A stretch of 64,000 bases of DNA from Chiloscyllium plagiosum (taxonomy: Eukaryota). The notes beneath the pieces are model-generated. The model worked only from the letters and a program-made list of their open reading frames with translations, was not told the origin of the DNA and did no database searches. The position numbers and the translations under genes were made by a program. The DNA is taken from assembly GCF_004010195.1 (NCBI RefSeq), contig NC_057730.1:19628687-19692686 (forward strand), written 5' to 3'. This document shows, in pieces, positions 50,706 through 64,000 of the stretch. The stretch's first letter is position 1. Each line of letters opens with the position of its first letter.

Positions 50706-51588
50706 GTGAGATTTGTAGCTCAGGTTGATGTTATGGATGTAGGTTTGCTCACTGAGCTTAAGGTTCGTTTTCAGATGTTACATCACCATACTCGGTAACA
50801 ACATCAGTGTGCCTCCGGATGAAGCACTGTGACATGGCCAGCTTTCTATTCGTGCATTTAGGTTTCTTCGGTCAGTGTTGTCATTTCCTGTGGTGATGCC
50901 AATGCCTGTTCATTTTCTTCGGGGGTGGTAAATGGAATCCAAGCGACAAACCCAAACAAGCAGACAAAACACGTCCAGAAACCCTAGCCACTCTCCCCTA
51001 TATCAAAGATATCTTGGAAATGACTGCCAGATTACTCAAACCCCTTGGCATTATGGTAGCCCACAAATCCACCAACACACTAAAACAGCAGCTAATGAAC
51101 TTGAAAGACCCTATACAGACAACAAGCAAAACTAATGTCATTTACAAAATACTTTACAGGAACTGTAACAAACACTACATTGGACAAACAGGCAGAAAAC
51201 TAGCCACCAGGATACATGAACATCAACTAGCCACAAAAATACATGACCCACTCTCACTAATATCTTTACATACAGAGGAGGAAGGACACCACTTCAACTG
51301 GGACAACACATCCTAGGACAAGCCAACCAGAGACATGCACGAGAATTCCTAGAAGTATGGCATTTCAACCAGAACTCTAACAACAAACACGGTGACTTGG
51401 ATCCCATTTACCACCCCCTGAGAAAAATAACAGGAAATGGCATCACCAATCCAAGAAAACCGAAACACAAATAGAAAAAGTGGGCCATGCCACCAGTGCT
51501 TCATCTGGAGGATCACTGATGTCACCCAGTTTGGTGACAAACCATCTGAAAACAAACCTTCCAGGCCAGCAAGCAAACCTACATCCAG
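50706..51588 (+). mobile_element. Penelope-like element: inverted terminal repeat plus GIY-YIG endonuclease and direct terminal repeat
   Basis: NVIYKILYRNCNKHYIGQTGRKLATRIHEHQLA (GIY-YIG); ends are inverted copies of each other. Confidence 0.88.
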
Positions 51589-52344
51589 AGTTTAAACAAG
51601 TGTAAAAAAAAAATATGGACCTACAAAACATGGCAAAAATTCAAGAAACTGGCAGCTTAATCCCCTTCTCAGAACAACGACGAATGGTCAGTAAACGAAG
51701 CTTCAACAGCAACATGGATATAAGAGACAATGCGGAAATAACAACATGAGTCTAGAATTCTCAGTATTAAGTTGGAGGATTGTAGTTGCCATTGCATATT
51801 TTGCAAGAACATAGAAAAAACCATACAGGATTTACAAATGCTATATATAGCAGACAAAAAAAAATTGTTGCTGCCACTTCAAATACAATGTAATCTTCTA
51901 CAAATATGCTTCTAAATGTGTTGCCACAGAGACAGAGCGTAAGCATACTTTAAACTATAGAGGGCTTTTAAGATGTGAATTTGTTCAAAGTTTAGGTCAA
52001 TGTCAATGCAGATGCACAGAAATTCAAATGGATCAAAGAGAAGATTAGAATCTGTCTCACCAGGTCCTTGTGAAATTCCCAGTGGTCTCCTTTTCCTAAT
52101 GGTAGCCTATGGCAGCATGCATACTAGCACACTCTGGACAAGTTCATTAATTTTAAACCATCGCCCAGCTCACAGCAGGGTTTTGCATTAATGCAGAGAT
52201 CAAATCAAGCTTAAAAATCAATACACCCAAATGCAATTTGACCTTGATGTAAATGGAGTCCATGGTAATAAATGGAAGCCACACAACATGCAACGAGTAT
52301 ACAAAAAAGGACGTACAAGATATTAGGCCTTAATAAAGCAGTGA

Positions 52345-52800
52345 CTGGTATTTATATAGCAACTCTAATCGCAAAATATTCCAAGGCACATCAGAATAGC
52401 ATTATAAAGACAGAATTTGACATAAAGGAGACATGAGGCAGATGTTCCTTAACATGGTTAACGGTAGGTTTTAAGAAACGTCTTGAAAGGAGGTGGAGCA
52501 CAGGGATTTAGGGAAGACATTCCATAGCTTCGGGCTCAGGCAGTTGAAGGCACAGGCACCAGAGAGAGAACTAGCTGGGGATACTCAAAGAGGCCAGAAT
52601 TATGAGGAGTGCAGAAATCTCAAGAGGGTTGTGGAAGATATAAGGATATTACAGAGACAGGAAGGGACAACAGATACGGAGGAGTATGTAAACAGGTATT
52701 TTTACATTGTAAAAATCAATCTCCAATCTCCCCCACACCAAGAGCCAATTAGGTCAGTGAGCAAAAGGATGACAACTGGACAGAATGCAGTGCAAGGTTT
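52345..52800 (-). mobile_element. old L2-like LINE 3' fragment
   Basis: tttatatagc...ttttaagaaacgtcttgaaaggagg...ttccatagc pattern, also seen in either orientation near 40080-40460, 48060-48600 and 56430-56760. Confidence 0.45.
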
Positions 52801-53155
52801 TGGGTGGCATCACATTATTGAGAATAGAATGTGGGAGGTCAGCAACAGGTCTGTTATAATACTTGAGGCAAAAAACAAGGTTCTTCACAGGAGTACATCA
52901 AATGCAAAAGAAAAGAAAAAGACACCAAACCAAAGGAGGGGACATTCGAACAGGTGACTGAATATTTGGTCAAGCAGTGTCTTAAAAAAGGAGAGAAGAA
53001 AGGGAGATGGTTGGGAGGTAATTCCAGAGCCTAGGACACCAGCAGCTGCACGCATAGCTCAGACCAAGTGGGCAATATACCAAGAGGTCACAGTTGAGAA
53101 GCATGGAGATCTAAGAGTTGGGGATTGCAGCAGTAATTAAACCAGGCCAACCCAC

Positions 53156-53238
53156 CTCAATGTCAGCCATCAGTTCTTTTTTCCTCCGTCTAATGTTTTC
53201 TAATTCTTCTCTTTCTTCAAACGAGAGCTCAGATGATA
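53156..53238 (-). CDS. CYTH3: cytohesin-3 exon 2 (83 nt, coiled coil)
   Basis: tatgcag|(V)SSELSFEEREELENIRRRKKELMADIE|gtgggt. Confidence 0.93.
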
Positions 53239-56200
53239 CTGCATAGACAAAGGAGAAAATTCAGGAGGAGATTAATGAACCTTTCAATTATAATGCAAGT
53301 TAAAATAATGTGACTGTCACATTAAAATGTTTAAAAGTATGCACCAGAACACTAAATAAAAATGCCCATGTAATAAATACACCATGCAGCCATCAGTATC
53401 CGATTGGAGTGAAACACCAGCCAGCTCCAAAAAAAAAATTTTATTCAAAACTTACAAATTTCTGTTGTGAAGTTGCAACACAATTCTACACAAGCACAAA
53501 AACCCAACGAAAAACACAGATTCAAAGAGAATCAAATCTCATTATATGGTCATTTTTCCCCATACGGCTTACTTCTCCAAGTGGTTTTGCTGAACACAAG
53601 CTTCCAAACAAAAGAGTAACACTGCCGACCAGATGCTACACAGCTTTAGATTCTGAAACCGTGTACCGTTATCAGTTAAAATATAAAACCAAAAGTCCAC
53701 AATGCAATACATCTTCCAGCACAGCTTTTCCCATCAATCTCTTTCCATCGATTTGTTGACCGAGAACAAATCACCCCTCCCCCTCACAACCCTGTGAAAT
53801 TCTGCACCATGCAGCAGAAAAACTGCTGTTGCTACTCTCTCAGTGCAGCTTTGTTCAGCGTTCATCATTAGCACATCTTCCAGCTTCATGGTACCCGAGC
53901 AGCAGTAAGAATGCAGTCAATATTTTTGATTCATAGTTGCTGAAAAGACAGATCAAATAATCACCACACTGCACACCTCCAGAGATAAAAGAGGAAAGTG
54001 ACTCTCACTCAAAAAAAACGAGTTCGCAATCTGCCAGGCCACCTGTTAGCTGCAGGTCTTGCTAGTGCATCCTTGATTTTACAGCAAAATGACACTGCAG
54101 TGTTTAGCATCAGCCCCAGCATGCTGCAGGCTGTACAAATCAATGTTTTTGTAATAAGACACTCCCTCTGCATTAACAGAGCAAGTGCTGCTAACACTGT
54201 GTCTTTACTCATCAGTGGTGTCGGGACCACATTTTTGGGGGGGAAAAGGATTAATTGAGTATGAAATCTTGCTCAAGTCCACAACTAGGTCACAAGAGAA
54301 TGGATGAATAATGCTCAACAGTGCCCTCATTTCTGCGTCCCATGTCATTTCAAAGTGCACTGACATGCCACTTTCATTTAGACTAGTCTTGGTTTTACAG
54401 TAAATACAGTAACCAGCTTTTATACTCAGGCAGGACAGAGAACTGGCAAACCAGGCTAATGTAGTAGAGGAAATAGCACATTTCCAACTATAATCTTTAC
54501 TAGTTTCTCAGGGTTAGTTACACACTAATTTTTTAAACATTGCATGTTGCTCTACAAAGTAAAGTTTTGTGTAATGATTTACAGTTGCATAGGTTGAATG
54601 TCAAGTGTTTAAGCCTGGGGTCATGAATGGATTAGACCCCTAGCATTATAGACTGCATTTTAAGAACCACTCTGAAGTTGATCCAGTGGTGAGTTTGCTA
54701 AAACCAAGGTACAGCTGAAGTGCAGGAGGTCCATGCTTCTGCACAGCCCACACAAGCTCACAGCAGGAACCTCAGGGTAAACGGTTCCTAATATGCCCAC
54801 AATACAGGGACCCTGTGAGATGCAAAGTTAATTCTGTTGATCGAGACAGGTTTTAAATACCAAATAACCCTCTTAAGACAAAGAGTCTGCAGGCAAGACC
54901 AGGCATGTATTCCAGCACAGTTAACAGGGGACTTTTTTGATGCTTTTTGTTTAAAACATGCTTTAATCGAGACTTTGGTTTTGGGATTTAATACACAGCC
55001 AGTTTCAAACAAAGCCTAAAAACTCCACAATGATTTACTTTTAAATGGTTGCATGGGAAGGAAAAGGAGAAAAAGTATACTGCGTCTGCCCCCAACCCCT
55101 AGGGAGAACATCAATCTAACAGTACTGCCCACACTGTCAAAACAGGACAAATTGTTCAGTCCACATCCCATTGGAGTGAAAACAGAACACAACATACCAT
55201 TCTTTTAAAAAATACAAAATGACTTGCAGCCCAAAAAGATGGAACACAGTTGCACTGAATCACAGCAAAAGGTCACACTGCATTCATACCACAAGTGTAC
55301 ATTGGATGCTACAAATTGCATTTATTTTCTTGGAGGAGGTAGCATCTGATAGAGGAATAAAGAGGGAAGGAAGAGGTCACAACCAGCCTGCATCACCCAG
55401 TTACCAGGAGACAAATATACAAATTCTAATGCACATTACTCAGGCACACAAAGCAATATTTGTAGAACTGAGTTTGCATGTTAAACAGACATTTAATCAG
55501 AAAGCCAAAATATATCAAGTATTAAATAATTTCTTCCTCTGGGACATGGACATTTCACTTGCAACTTGAGAGTTGTTTATTTAGACCAGAATACAGGTTC
55601 AAGAACAGTGCAATCTCTACTAAGGGCCGATGTTGCATCTTGCACTCTCTATTCTGCCTAACCCCTCATCCCAAAATACTGTCTGCAGCCTCTCTAACCT
55701 CCATCCCAAACAATTTACCTTTTACCAACAGAGGGATTTTTATTTAAATCAATGCACTTCTACAAAATGACTGAAGAATATGATGCATAGATGGGGAGAC
55801 CAGCACAGCATCAATTTTTATTTTTATACATTTCTCAGTTTAGCGGCCAGCAGACCCGACATCTGTTCATAAGTCTGAACTCAACTAGACCCAGTAATTA
55901 AAGGGGGAGGTGCGGGAAAGTAAACATTTCAATCACTGTGCCACAGAAAATTGAATGCATCTCTCCCAATCATTTGTTACACTACCTATTCTAGACATTT
56001 CTAATTTTGCAACAAAATAAACCTTCTATTAATTAAGAGTTAATTCAAGTAATAAAAACAGACAGACTTACATTTCAATGTAAACTTTCACAACCTCAAA
56101 ATGTCCCAAAGCATTTTACTGCCCTTAGACGTACTTTGGGAGCAGTAACAGCAGAATGGAATAGTATCAACATAGTCCAGATTCTACACAATTACATCAC

Positions 56201-56974
56201 AATGGGTGAGGTACTTAGGAAATCAGACTCGTCATTATTCATATTTCCAATTATATGCAGTCAGATTCCTGGACAGGGCATTGACAGTTCCAGATGTCTG
56301 CACTTAGTCATAAAGATGTGGTGGTAATTACCGTTGTTGCTAAACCGCAACACAGCCAAACCCCGAGGCAACTGAGGTGGTTTCACAATAAATAACTAGG
56401 GCACAAACTTAAATAATAGCCTGCATTTCTACATTAATGTTAAAAGAAACTGCCCCAGGGCACTATACCAGCATGTTTTCAGAAAAAAGTTTGACATGGA
56501 ACCACTTGGAGATACTTGAACAGATGATCAAAAGTGACAAAGAGAGAAGTTTCAAAGAGTATATTTAAAAGGAGGAAAGACAGCAAACAGGTGAAGGAGT
56601 GTCAAGGGGAATTGAAGGGTTTAGGATCCAGGTAGTGACGGCAAAAACGTGCCAAGGACAGTCATGAAGAGACCAGAATTGAAGTATCTCAGAGGTGGTT
56701 AGAGATAAGGACCATAGCCATGGATGATTTAAAATTTGAAGTAGCACTGCATCAGGGTTAGCATAGGTCAGCAAGTTACTGTTTTGTGACACAAGACAGA
56801 TCGAATCAGCTTTCCTAAGCCAGTATTCACAATGCAGTAAAATTAAAATATTCAATGATTCTCCAAATTGCCCCAATGGTTCCTCATCAGATTTTATGAA
56901 TGACTAATATCAGACATCAAGCTTACAGCTTAAACAAAAAAATTAATACAAAGTTAAACAATCAGAATGTAAAG

Positions 56975-57825
56975 AGGCATGGTTAGTAAGCTTGCAGATG
57001 ACACCAAAATTGGTGTCATACTAGACAGTGAAGGTTATCTAAGGTTACGAAGAGATCTAGATCAACTGGAGCAATGTGCTGAGGAGTGGACAATGGAGTT
57101 TAGTTTGGATAAATGAAAGTTTTTGAATTTTGGTTAAACAAACAAAGGGAGGTCTTATACAAATAATAGTAGGGCCCTGGGTAGTGTTGTAGGATGGAGA
57201 GAGCTAGGGGCTCAGGTACATAATTCTTTGAAATTTGCGTCACAGGTGGACAGGGTAGTCAAGATGGCATTTAGCACACTGCCTTTCTTGCTCAGACCTT
57301 TCACTATAGTAGTTGGGACACTTTTGTTGATGTTGCACAGGACAAGAGGTGAGGCCTCTTCTGGAGTACTATGCACATTCTGGTCACCCTGTTATTAGGA
57401 AGAGTATTATTAAAATGGAGAGAGTTCAGACAGGATTGGAGATTTTTAAAATAAAAAGGAAAGACTGGGACTGTTTCCACTGGAGCTTAGGAGGTTGAGG
57501 GCTGACTTTATTGAAGTTTATAAAATCAGGAGGGCCATAGATAAGGTGAATGACAGGATATTTTCCCTCGGGTAGAGAGTTTCAAACAAGGGGGCATGTT
57601 TCTAAAGGTGAGGGGAGAAAAATTTGAAAAAGGACAAATGGGGCAACTTTTTTATTTTGGTGGTTCATGTGTTACAACGTTTAAAAGACATTTGGATAGG
57701 TTCATAGATAGAAAAGGTTTAGAGGGGTGTGCAGGCAGATGGGACTAGTTTAGTTTGGGAACATGGTCGGTGTGGACTGGTTAAACCAAAGAGTCTGTTT
57801 CCACATTGTATGACTTTATGACTCT
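56975..57825 (+). mobile_element. 5'-truncated CR1 LINE
   Basis: KLADDTKIG, RPLLEYYAHSG and LELRRLRADFIEVYKI motifs; tatgactttatgactct tail. Confidence 0.85.
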
Positions 57826-60800
57826 GCAACAAGGTAATCTAATTAAAGTTGATGATTTAAGCCCAATCACCTTTGTCACTGCCCCCATTCAACATAGACA
57901 GGCAGACAGTTAAGGGGTAAATTAGATTAACTGGCTAGTTCACTTAAACAGTTTCAATGATATGTAGTAGCACAGGCACACAGGATCATATCTTTCTTGA
58001 TTTCTGAAAGCATCAGTCAATGCTTCCAGTAGGCTCCAAGAACATTCACTTAATTTTTATGCCTAGAGTTCTGTTCTCCAAACTTTCAAAAGGTTTGAAA
58101 GAGGAGGCTAACCACAGAACAATCAAAGCTCTATCCTAAGCTTTTATAGACACATGCCTTCTGACAAATTTAAACCATTTCAAACTTTGGCTTGTGTTTT
58201 TCCAACATTCCTTGTTAGATGAGTCGGCACCAGCCTCCCTGTTTTAATCCACCCTTTTTAACATCCAAACATCTGTCAGCCTCGAGTATAATGCGTCTCC
58301 AAAGCAGAAATGTCTAGTGTTCTCGAATGATAATAAACTTAAAATTAAACTTCTGGGCCACGTGCTATATACAAACCTGTTTGTTCTTTCCATTTTTTAC
58401 AAAAAAAAAGCAGCTGATGTCCACAGTCCCATGGTCATCTTCAACTCTCAGCTGCAAACTAAAGATGGAAAAGATAAAGAAAAACAGCAAGATCCCAATA
58501 AATAGAACAATGAAGGTAGTCCACTGATCCTATGCGTTGTTGTTGCTCCATAAGGACAAGAAATTCCTCCTGCCTGAAGTCACTGACCCATCACTGGATT
58601 CCAGTGACAGACCTTTTCCAGTGCCCTTCCTTCCAGAGTCAGCAGGATGTTGGTCATGTACATACACTGGCCAAGCTAGATTCCATTCAGCAAGCATGTT
58701 CTAATAACTGCTCTAGATTAGCATAGAGGATTGGAAAATAAAGATGCAAGTCCATCTGTACACAATTTAAAAAGCACTTCATGTTGGGTCTGTAATCCAA
58801 CCAAAATAAAAACAAAGGTTGAATTTGCCAAACATGTTAAAATGGTTTCAGTTTATGTATCACTGCCCTAGCACTGCCTCATATGCAATCCCTTAGGAAC
58901 CATACCCTTTAGCTGTTTAGGATTTTCCCCAATTCCAGAAAACGAGTCAAAAAAATTTCAGATGTCATTAGCTAGGGCTGGGGATAAATGGGTCAGTAAA
59001 GCCAGATATGGAAGTATACAAGTTCTCAGCAGGAGTGAGAAAATAGAAAGCAACTTATTTTATATTTTTAAAAAAGCAGGAAGAATTTAGCACCAGCTTG
59101 AAAATGAGCAGAAACAAAAGTTGTACAATTGCTTAGGAAAAACATTCACATTTTTGTTTGAAAACAGGCTTGTACAAATAGAAATCAGAATAGAAATCTT
59201 AAGACAGAGGAGATGGCCACTGGCCCTCTGCCAATGCTGGATCTTTTAAAGAGCATCTAATTAGGCACCCCAAATCCAGCTCTTTCTCCATAGCTCTGCA
59301 AGGCTTCCCCTTCAAGTATTCATTAATTTCTTTTAAAAAGCTACTAGTGAATCAGATTCTATCACCCTGTAAATCTGTGCATTACCACCATTACTCTGGT
59401 TTGAAAGTACCTAAACAATACTTATCCTATTAAAACTATTCTGTGCAACTCGACTAATTCTCTTCATAATCTTTGCCACTCTGGATGTTTTTTTCTCTTC
59501 ATTCAATAAGAATCTTTTCACTCACTATTATCCTTAATTACAATGGTGATTGCACTTCAAATTGTAAAATGTTTTGAGATAGCCTGAACTAAAGCAAAGC
59601 ACAGTATAGATAGATGTATAAATAATGGATGTTTTGGTCATGGAAACATCTTACAGATTCAGGCCTCAAATAGCTCAGATAAACATCAAGAAAAATTGGC
59701 AGCACAACTTGCTCAAAGTATGCAAGAGTGAAAACTTCTATGTTCAGTTCTTAAACGTAGCACTGAAGCAGCATGTACCCAGGGAAATTAGAACAAAGAA
59801 CAGTACAGCACAGGAACAGACCTTTGGCCGACCAAACTTGCTTTGACACACCTTTCTAAATTAAAAAACATTTGCTTCTATAAAATCCGTATCCCTCTGT
59901 TCCCTGCCTGTTCATATATTGGTTAATATGACCCTTCAACATTGCTATTATATCTGCGTCCAACTCCTCTGGCAGTATTTCTGGCATTTACTACCTTTAA
60001 AAAAAAAAACTGCCTCTCCAATCTCCTTTAAATTTAGCCACTTTTACCTTAAACCTGTGCTCTAATAATTGACATTCCTACCCTGGGAAAAAAGACTGAC
60101 TATCCATTCGATCCAAGCCTGTAATAATTTCGTAAACATCTATCAGATCGCCCCTCATCCTTCGATATTTAAGTGAAAACAAACCAACTTTGTCCAATCT
60201 CTCCTCAAAGCTAATATCCTCCAAACCAGGCAACAACCTGGTAAACCATTTCTGTACCCAGTCCAAAGCCTCCACATCCTTCTTGTTGTGTGGTGACTGA
60301 AACAATACACATTAGTCCAAATGTGGTCCAACTAAAGTTCTGTGTGACAGCAACATGACTTGCTAACTTTTATACTTAATGCCCCAGCTGATGAAGGCAA
60401 GCATACCACATGTCTTCTCAACCACCTTATCCACGGAGTTGTCACCTCCAGAAAAGTGTGGACATGTATGCCCAGATGCATCTGTATATTGATGCTATCA
60501 AGGGTTCTGCCATGAAGAACACCACTGGTCACAGATCTCAAGTCAAGAAAACACTTTTCCACTGCTATTCTGTCTTCTATGACCAAGTCAGACCTTACCA
60601 GGATCGCATGCGACTTCAACTTTTGTATCAGTTTGCTATGAGGGACTTTGTCAAAGGCCTTGCTAAAGTCCATATAGACAATATCTATCACCCTACCCTC
60701 ATTCATTTTTTGTCACTTTCTCAAAAATCTCAATGAGGTTGGTGAAACAGGACCTTCCCAGCAAAAACCATGCTATCACCAGTAAATCCTATCCTTATGA

Positions 60801-61232
60801 ATCTTCTCCAACAATTTCCCTACCACTGACATAAAGCTGACCACCCTATAAACTTCCCAGAATATTCTCATTGCCCTTCTTAAACAAAGGAACAACATTA
60901 GCTATTCTCCAGTCCTCTGGAACCTATCCTGTGACTGAACAGGATACAAAGATTTCGTACAAGACCCAAGCAATGTCTTCACCTACCTCCCTCAACATTC
61001 TGGGATAGATCCTATCAGGTCCTGGGGGAAGTTGTCTACATTAATGCTTTTCAAAATACCCAACACCTTTTTTCATTCGGAAACGCCCGAGAATATCAAC
61101 ATACCCCTCCCAAGACTCTTCATCCACCAGGTCCTTCTCCTTTGTGAATACTGATGCAAAATAGTCTAAGAAATTCATCCACTTTCTCCAGTCCCATGCA
61201 TAAATTTCCTTCTTTGTCCTTTTTTTAAAAAA

Positions 61233-61645
61233 AATTCATTCACAGGATGAGGGCACTACTGGCCAGGCCAGCAGTTGCTGCCTAACTTAGAGGGCGGTTA
61301 AGAGTCAACCACATTGCTGTGGGCCTGGAGTCACATGTACCCCAGACCAGGTAAGGCTGACAATTTCCTTAAAGGGCATTAGTGAACCTGATGGGTTTTT
61401 TTCTGAAATCGACAATAGATTCATGGTCACCATTAGACAGAATGTTGAGGGAGGTAGGTGAGGAAATTGTTTGGGTCTTGCATGAAATTTTTGTATCCTG
61501 TTTAGTCACAGGAGGGGTTCAGAGGACTACATTTTTTTTTTGGAATCCTGCCATACTAGGATTCAAACCTGGGTGTCCAGAACATTACCTAAGTCTCTGG
61601 GTTAACAGTCCAGCATTAACACTACTAGACCATTGCCCCTTCCTC
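61233..61645 (-). mobile_element. tRNA-derived SINE (same family as 8332-9203) inserted in the CR1
   Basis: Shares ttaagagtcaaccacattgctgt..ggagtcacatgta..cagacc and the tRNA-like head. Confidence 0.8.
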
Positions 61646-62344
61646 CCCCAACTTAAACTTCCCCCTGTCCTAGTCCCTCGGACTAAACAAGACACAATCA
61701 ATATAGGGAAAGTTTAAAAATCACTGACCCCAACAACCCCATTATTTTAACATTCTTCCATAATCTATCCACATATCTGTTCTTCTATCACATGCTGGCT
61801 GCTGGGAGGCCTGTAGTACAATCCCATCAATAGTGATTGCACTATTCCTGAGCTTACCCATAAGGCCTCACTGGTGTCCTCCCCTCAGTGCAACTGCGAT
61901 ATTCTCCCTAATCAGTAATATAACTCGCCCACCCTTTCTCACCTGAAATGTCCAATCCCAGAATGTTAAGATACTAGTCCCTCTCTCAACTAAGTTTCTA
62001 ATAGCTGCAACATCATAGATATATATATATATACCCAAGCTCTAAGTGTATCTGTGTTACCTCTTATACTCCTCACATATAAAAAATACATCTCAGACTA
62101 CCAGTCCTGCCATCTTCAGTAACCTTTCCATTTGTTCTTCCTCTCAGCCTACTGGCCTTAGTCTCTAACTCCTCCTCAGTCATTTTATTTGGTTTAAACC
62201 CTCCTAAGTAGCTCTACCACCCTCCCTTCCAGGATATTGGTACCCTTCCAGTTTAGATATAACCCGTCCTTCTTGTACAAGTCCCACTTGCCCCAGACGA
62301 CATCCCTCCTAGTACATGTGTTCTAGCTTCTCTCTCTCCTGCCT

Positions 62345-63830
62345 GGCAGAAGAGGTTGTAGGAGATCATTACCAGGGTTCGATGGGTTTTTGATGACACT
62401 GGCAGCCTTTCTGTGGCAACAAGCCATGTAAATGGAGTCCATAGATGGAAGGTTGGCTTTCATATTTCATGATGGTCTGGGCCTTGCACACAACCTTCTG
62501 TAGTTTCTTATGGTCCTGGGCAAAGCAGTTGCCGTACCAGGCCATTACGCTTTCTATGATGCATCTGTAAACGCTGGTGAGGGACCTTGTGGGTATGCCA
62601 AATTTCCTGAGCCACCTGAGGAAGAGGCATTGTTGTGCCTTTTTGACTGTCGCATCTACGTGGAAAGTCCAGGACAGGCTCTCGGTTATCCTCACTCCTA
62701 GGAACTTTACGTTCCCAACCTCCTCAACCTCAGCACAGTTGATGTAGATGGAAGCACGTTCTCCTCCTTTCTTTCTGAACTCAATGATCAATTCTTTAGT
62801 TATCATTGCACCACATCATCAAACCCTCCATCTCCTTTCCATCTTCTACCTTGTCATTGTTTGATATCCATTCTACCACTATAGTGTCATCAGCAAACTT
62901 GTAGATGGCATTCATTCGGACTTTGGCAACATAGTCATGAGTATAATAGGCGGCTGAGGATGCATCCTTGGGACAATCCACTATTAAGTGTTATCATGGA
63001 GGAGGTGCAGTTACCCATCTTCACTGATTTGCGGCAATGGATCAGGAAGCTGAGGATCTAATTGCAAAGGGGGAGCTGAGCCCTAGATCTCTCAATTTGG
63101 AGATCAGTCTGGAGGGGATAATGGTGTTCAATGCGGATCTGCAGTTGATGAGCAGGAGTCTGATATAGGTGTTATTTGTAGAGCATCTAGACAACAAGGT
63201 GTGCAGAGCCAGGAAAATGGCATCCGCTGTGGATCTGTTATGCTTGTAAGCAAATTGCAGGGATCAAGGAAGGCTAGGAGACTGGAGTTGATGTGGACCA
63301 TGACCAGTATCTCAAAGCACTTCATGATTATAGAGATCAGAACCACCGGGCGATAGTCACTAAGGCACATTGCATGTGCTTTCTTTGGTATTGGGATGGT
63401 TGTCTTCTTGAAGCAGGTAGGAATTCAGCTTAGGAGGGGAATTTTAGAGACATCAGTGAATACTTCCGCCAGCTGGTCCACACAGGAGCTGAGTTCTTGA
63501 CCATGAACACTCGGATTGACTTCTTTAGTACATAGTCTTCCACACTTTTGCTAATGAAGTCCATGACGGTGGTGGCGTACTCATCTAGGTTTTCCACCGA
63601 GTACTTGAACATAGTCCAGTCCACAGATTCTAAGCAGTTCTGGAGACCTGCTTTCGTTGTCTTGGACCAGCATCATATTGTTTTGTGTGAAGCATCCTCC
63701 TGTTTCAGCTTCTGCTTGTAAACTGGAAGGACGAACACAGCGCCATGATCTAATTTTCCAAAACGTGGGCAGGGGATGAAAGGGTAGGCATCTTTGATGG
63801 TTGCGAAGCCGTGGTCCAGGATGTTTGATC
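62345..63830 (-). mobile_element. Rex1/Babar LINE nested in CR1 ORF1
   Basis: [26 protein letters not shown] and KKAQQCLFLRWLRKFG motifs. Confidence 0.85.
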
Positions 63831-64000
63831 CACATACACCAACTCTTTTAGCCATGTATTTAACTGCACTATCTTCCTATTCCTAGCCTCACTGGCATAT
63901 GGCGCAGGAAGTAAACCCGACATTACAACCAGAGAGGTTCTGATTTGCAAATTCCTACCTAACTCCCTGAAATCCCTTTGCAGAATTCCAACTCTCTTTC

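Larger units (their letters stand above)
59790..64000 (-). mobile_element. long decayed CR1 LINE with ORF1 esterase region, carrying nested insertions
   Basis: ORF1 SGNH-esterase-like VVMSGLLPAPYASEARNRKIVQLNTWL (63830-63950) continues as WGKWDLYKKDGLYLNWKGTNIL (~62230-62300); RT motif YMDFSKAFDKVPH (~60640-60680). Confidence 0.8.

Noticed and set aside
51660-51760. Plus-strand acceptor-like site followed by a short open stretch
   Set aside because: No donor, homology or linked exons could be identified.
53573-53900. Candidate alternative CYTH3 first coding exon (donor GAA|gtaagc at 53572/53573)
   Set aside because: The open ATG frame (from 53712) ends in phase 2 whereas exon 2 needs phase 1, and the other ATG frames checked hit stops. 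It could only be a non-coding exon, which is unsupported.
53300-59780. Many 60-150 aa ORFs in CYTH3 intron 1 and other introns
   Set aside because: No recognisable domains or consistent splice chains; compatible with chance ORFs and repeat debris.

Overview
Vertebrate genomic DNA from a cartilaginous fish. HE1 V-SINEs, HER1/CR1 LINEs and shark-type Penelope elements point to a shark; a bamboo/carpet shark is an inference. Two convergent genes are present. The 3' coding exons and 3'UTR of USP42 lie on the + strand (4569-21563). Coding exons 2-13 of cytohesin-3 (CYTH3/GRP1) lie on the - strand (53238-26297), including a 3-nt GAG microexon at 31947-31949 that switches the PH domain between di- and triglycine forms; exon 1 was not found in the window. 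The introns are packed with retroelements: CR1, Rex1/Babar, RTE-BovB-like and L2-like LINEs, SINEs, a solo LTR, Tc1/mariner MITEs and several Penelope-like (PLE) families. The most unusual signal is a set of minimal hammerhead-ribozyme motifs carried by PLE termini and by short palindromic, TSD-flanked PLE derivatives; one insertion starts at the predicted cleavage site. An assembly gap covers 12423-13246. All calls were made by eye; no database search was run.
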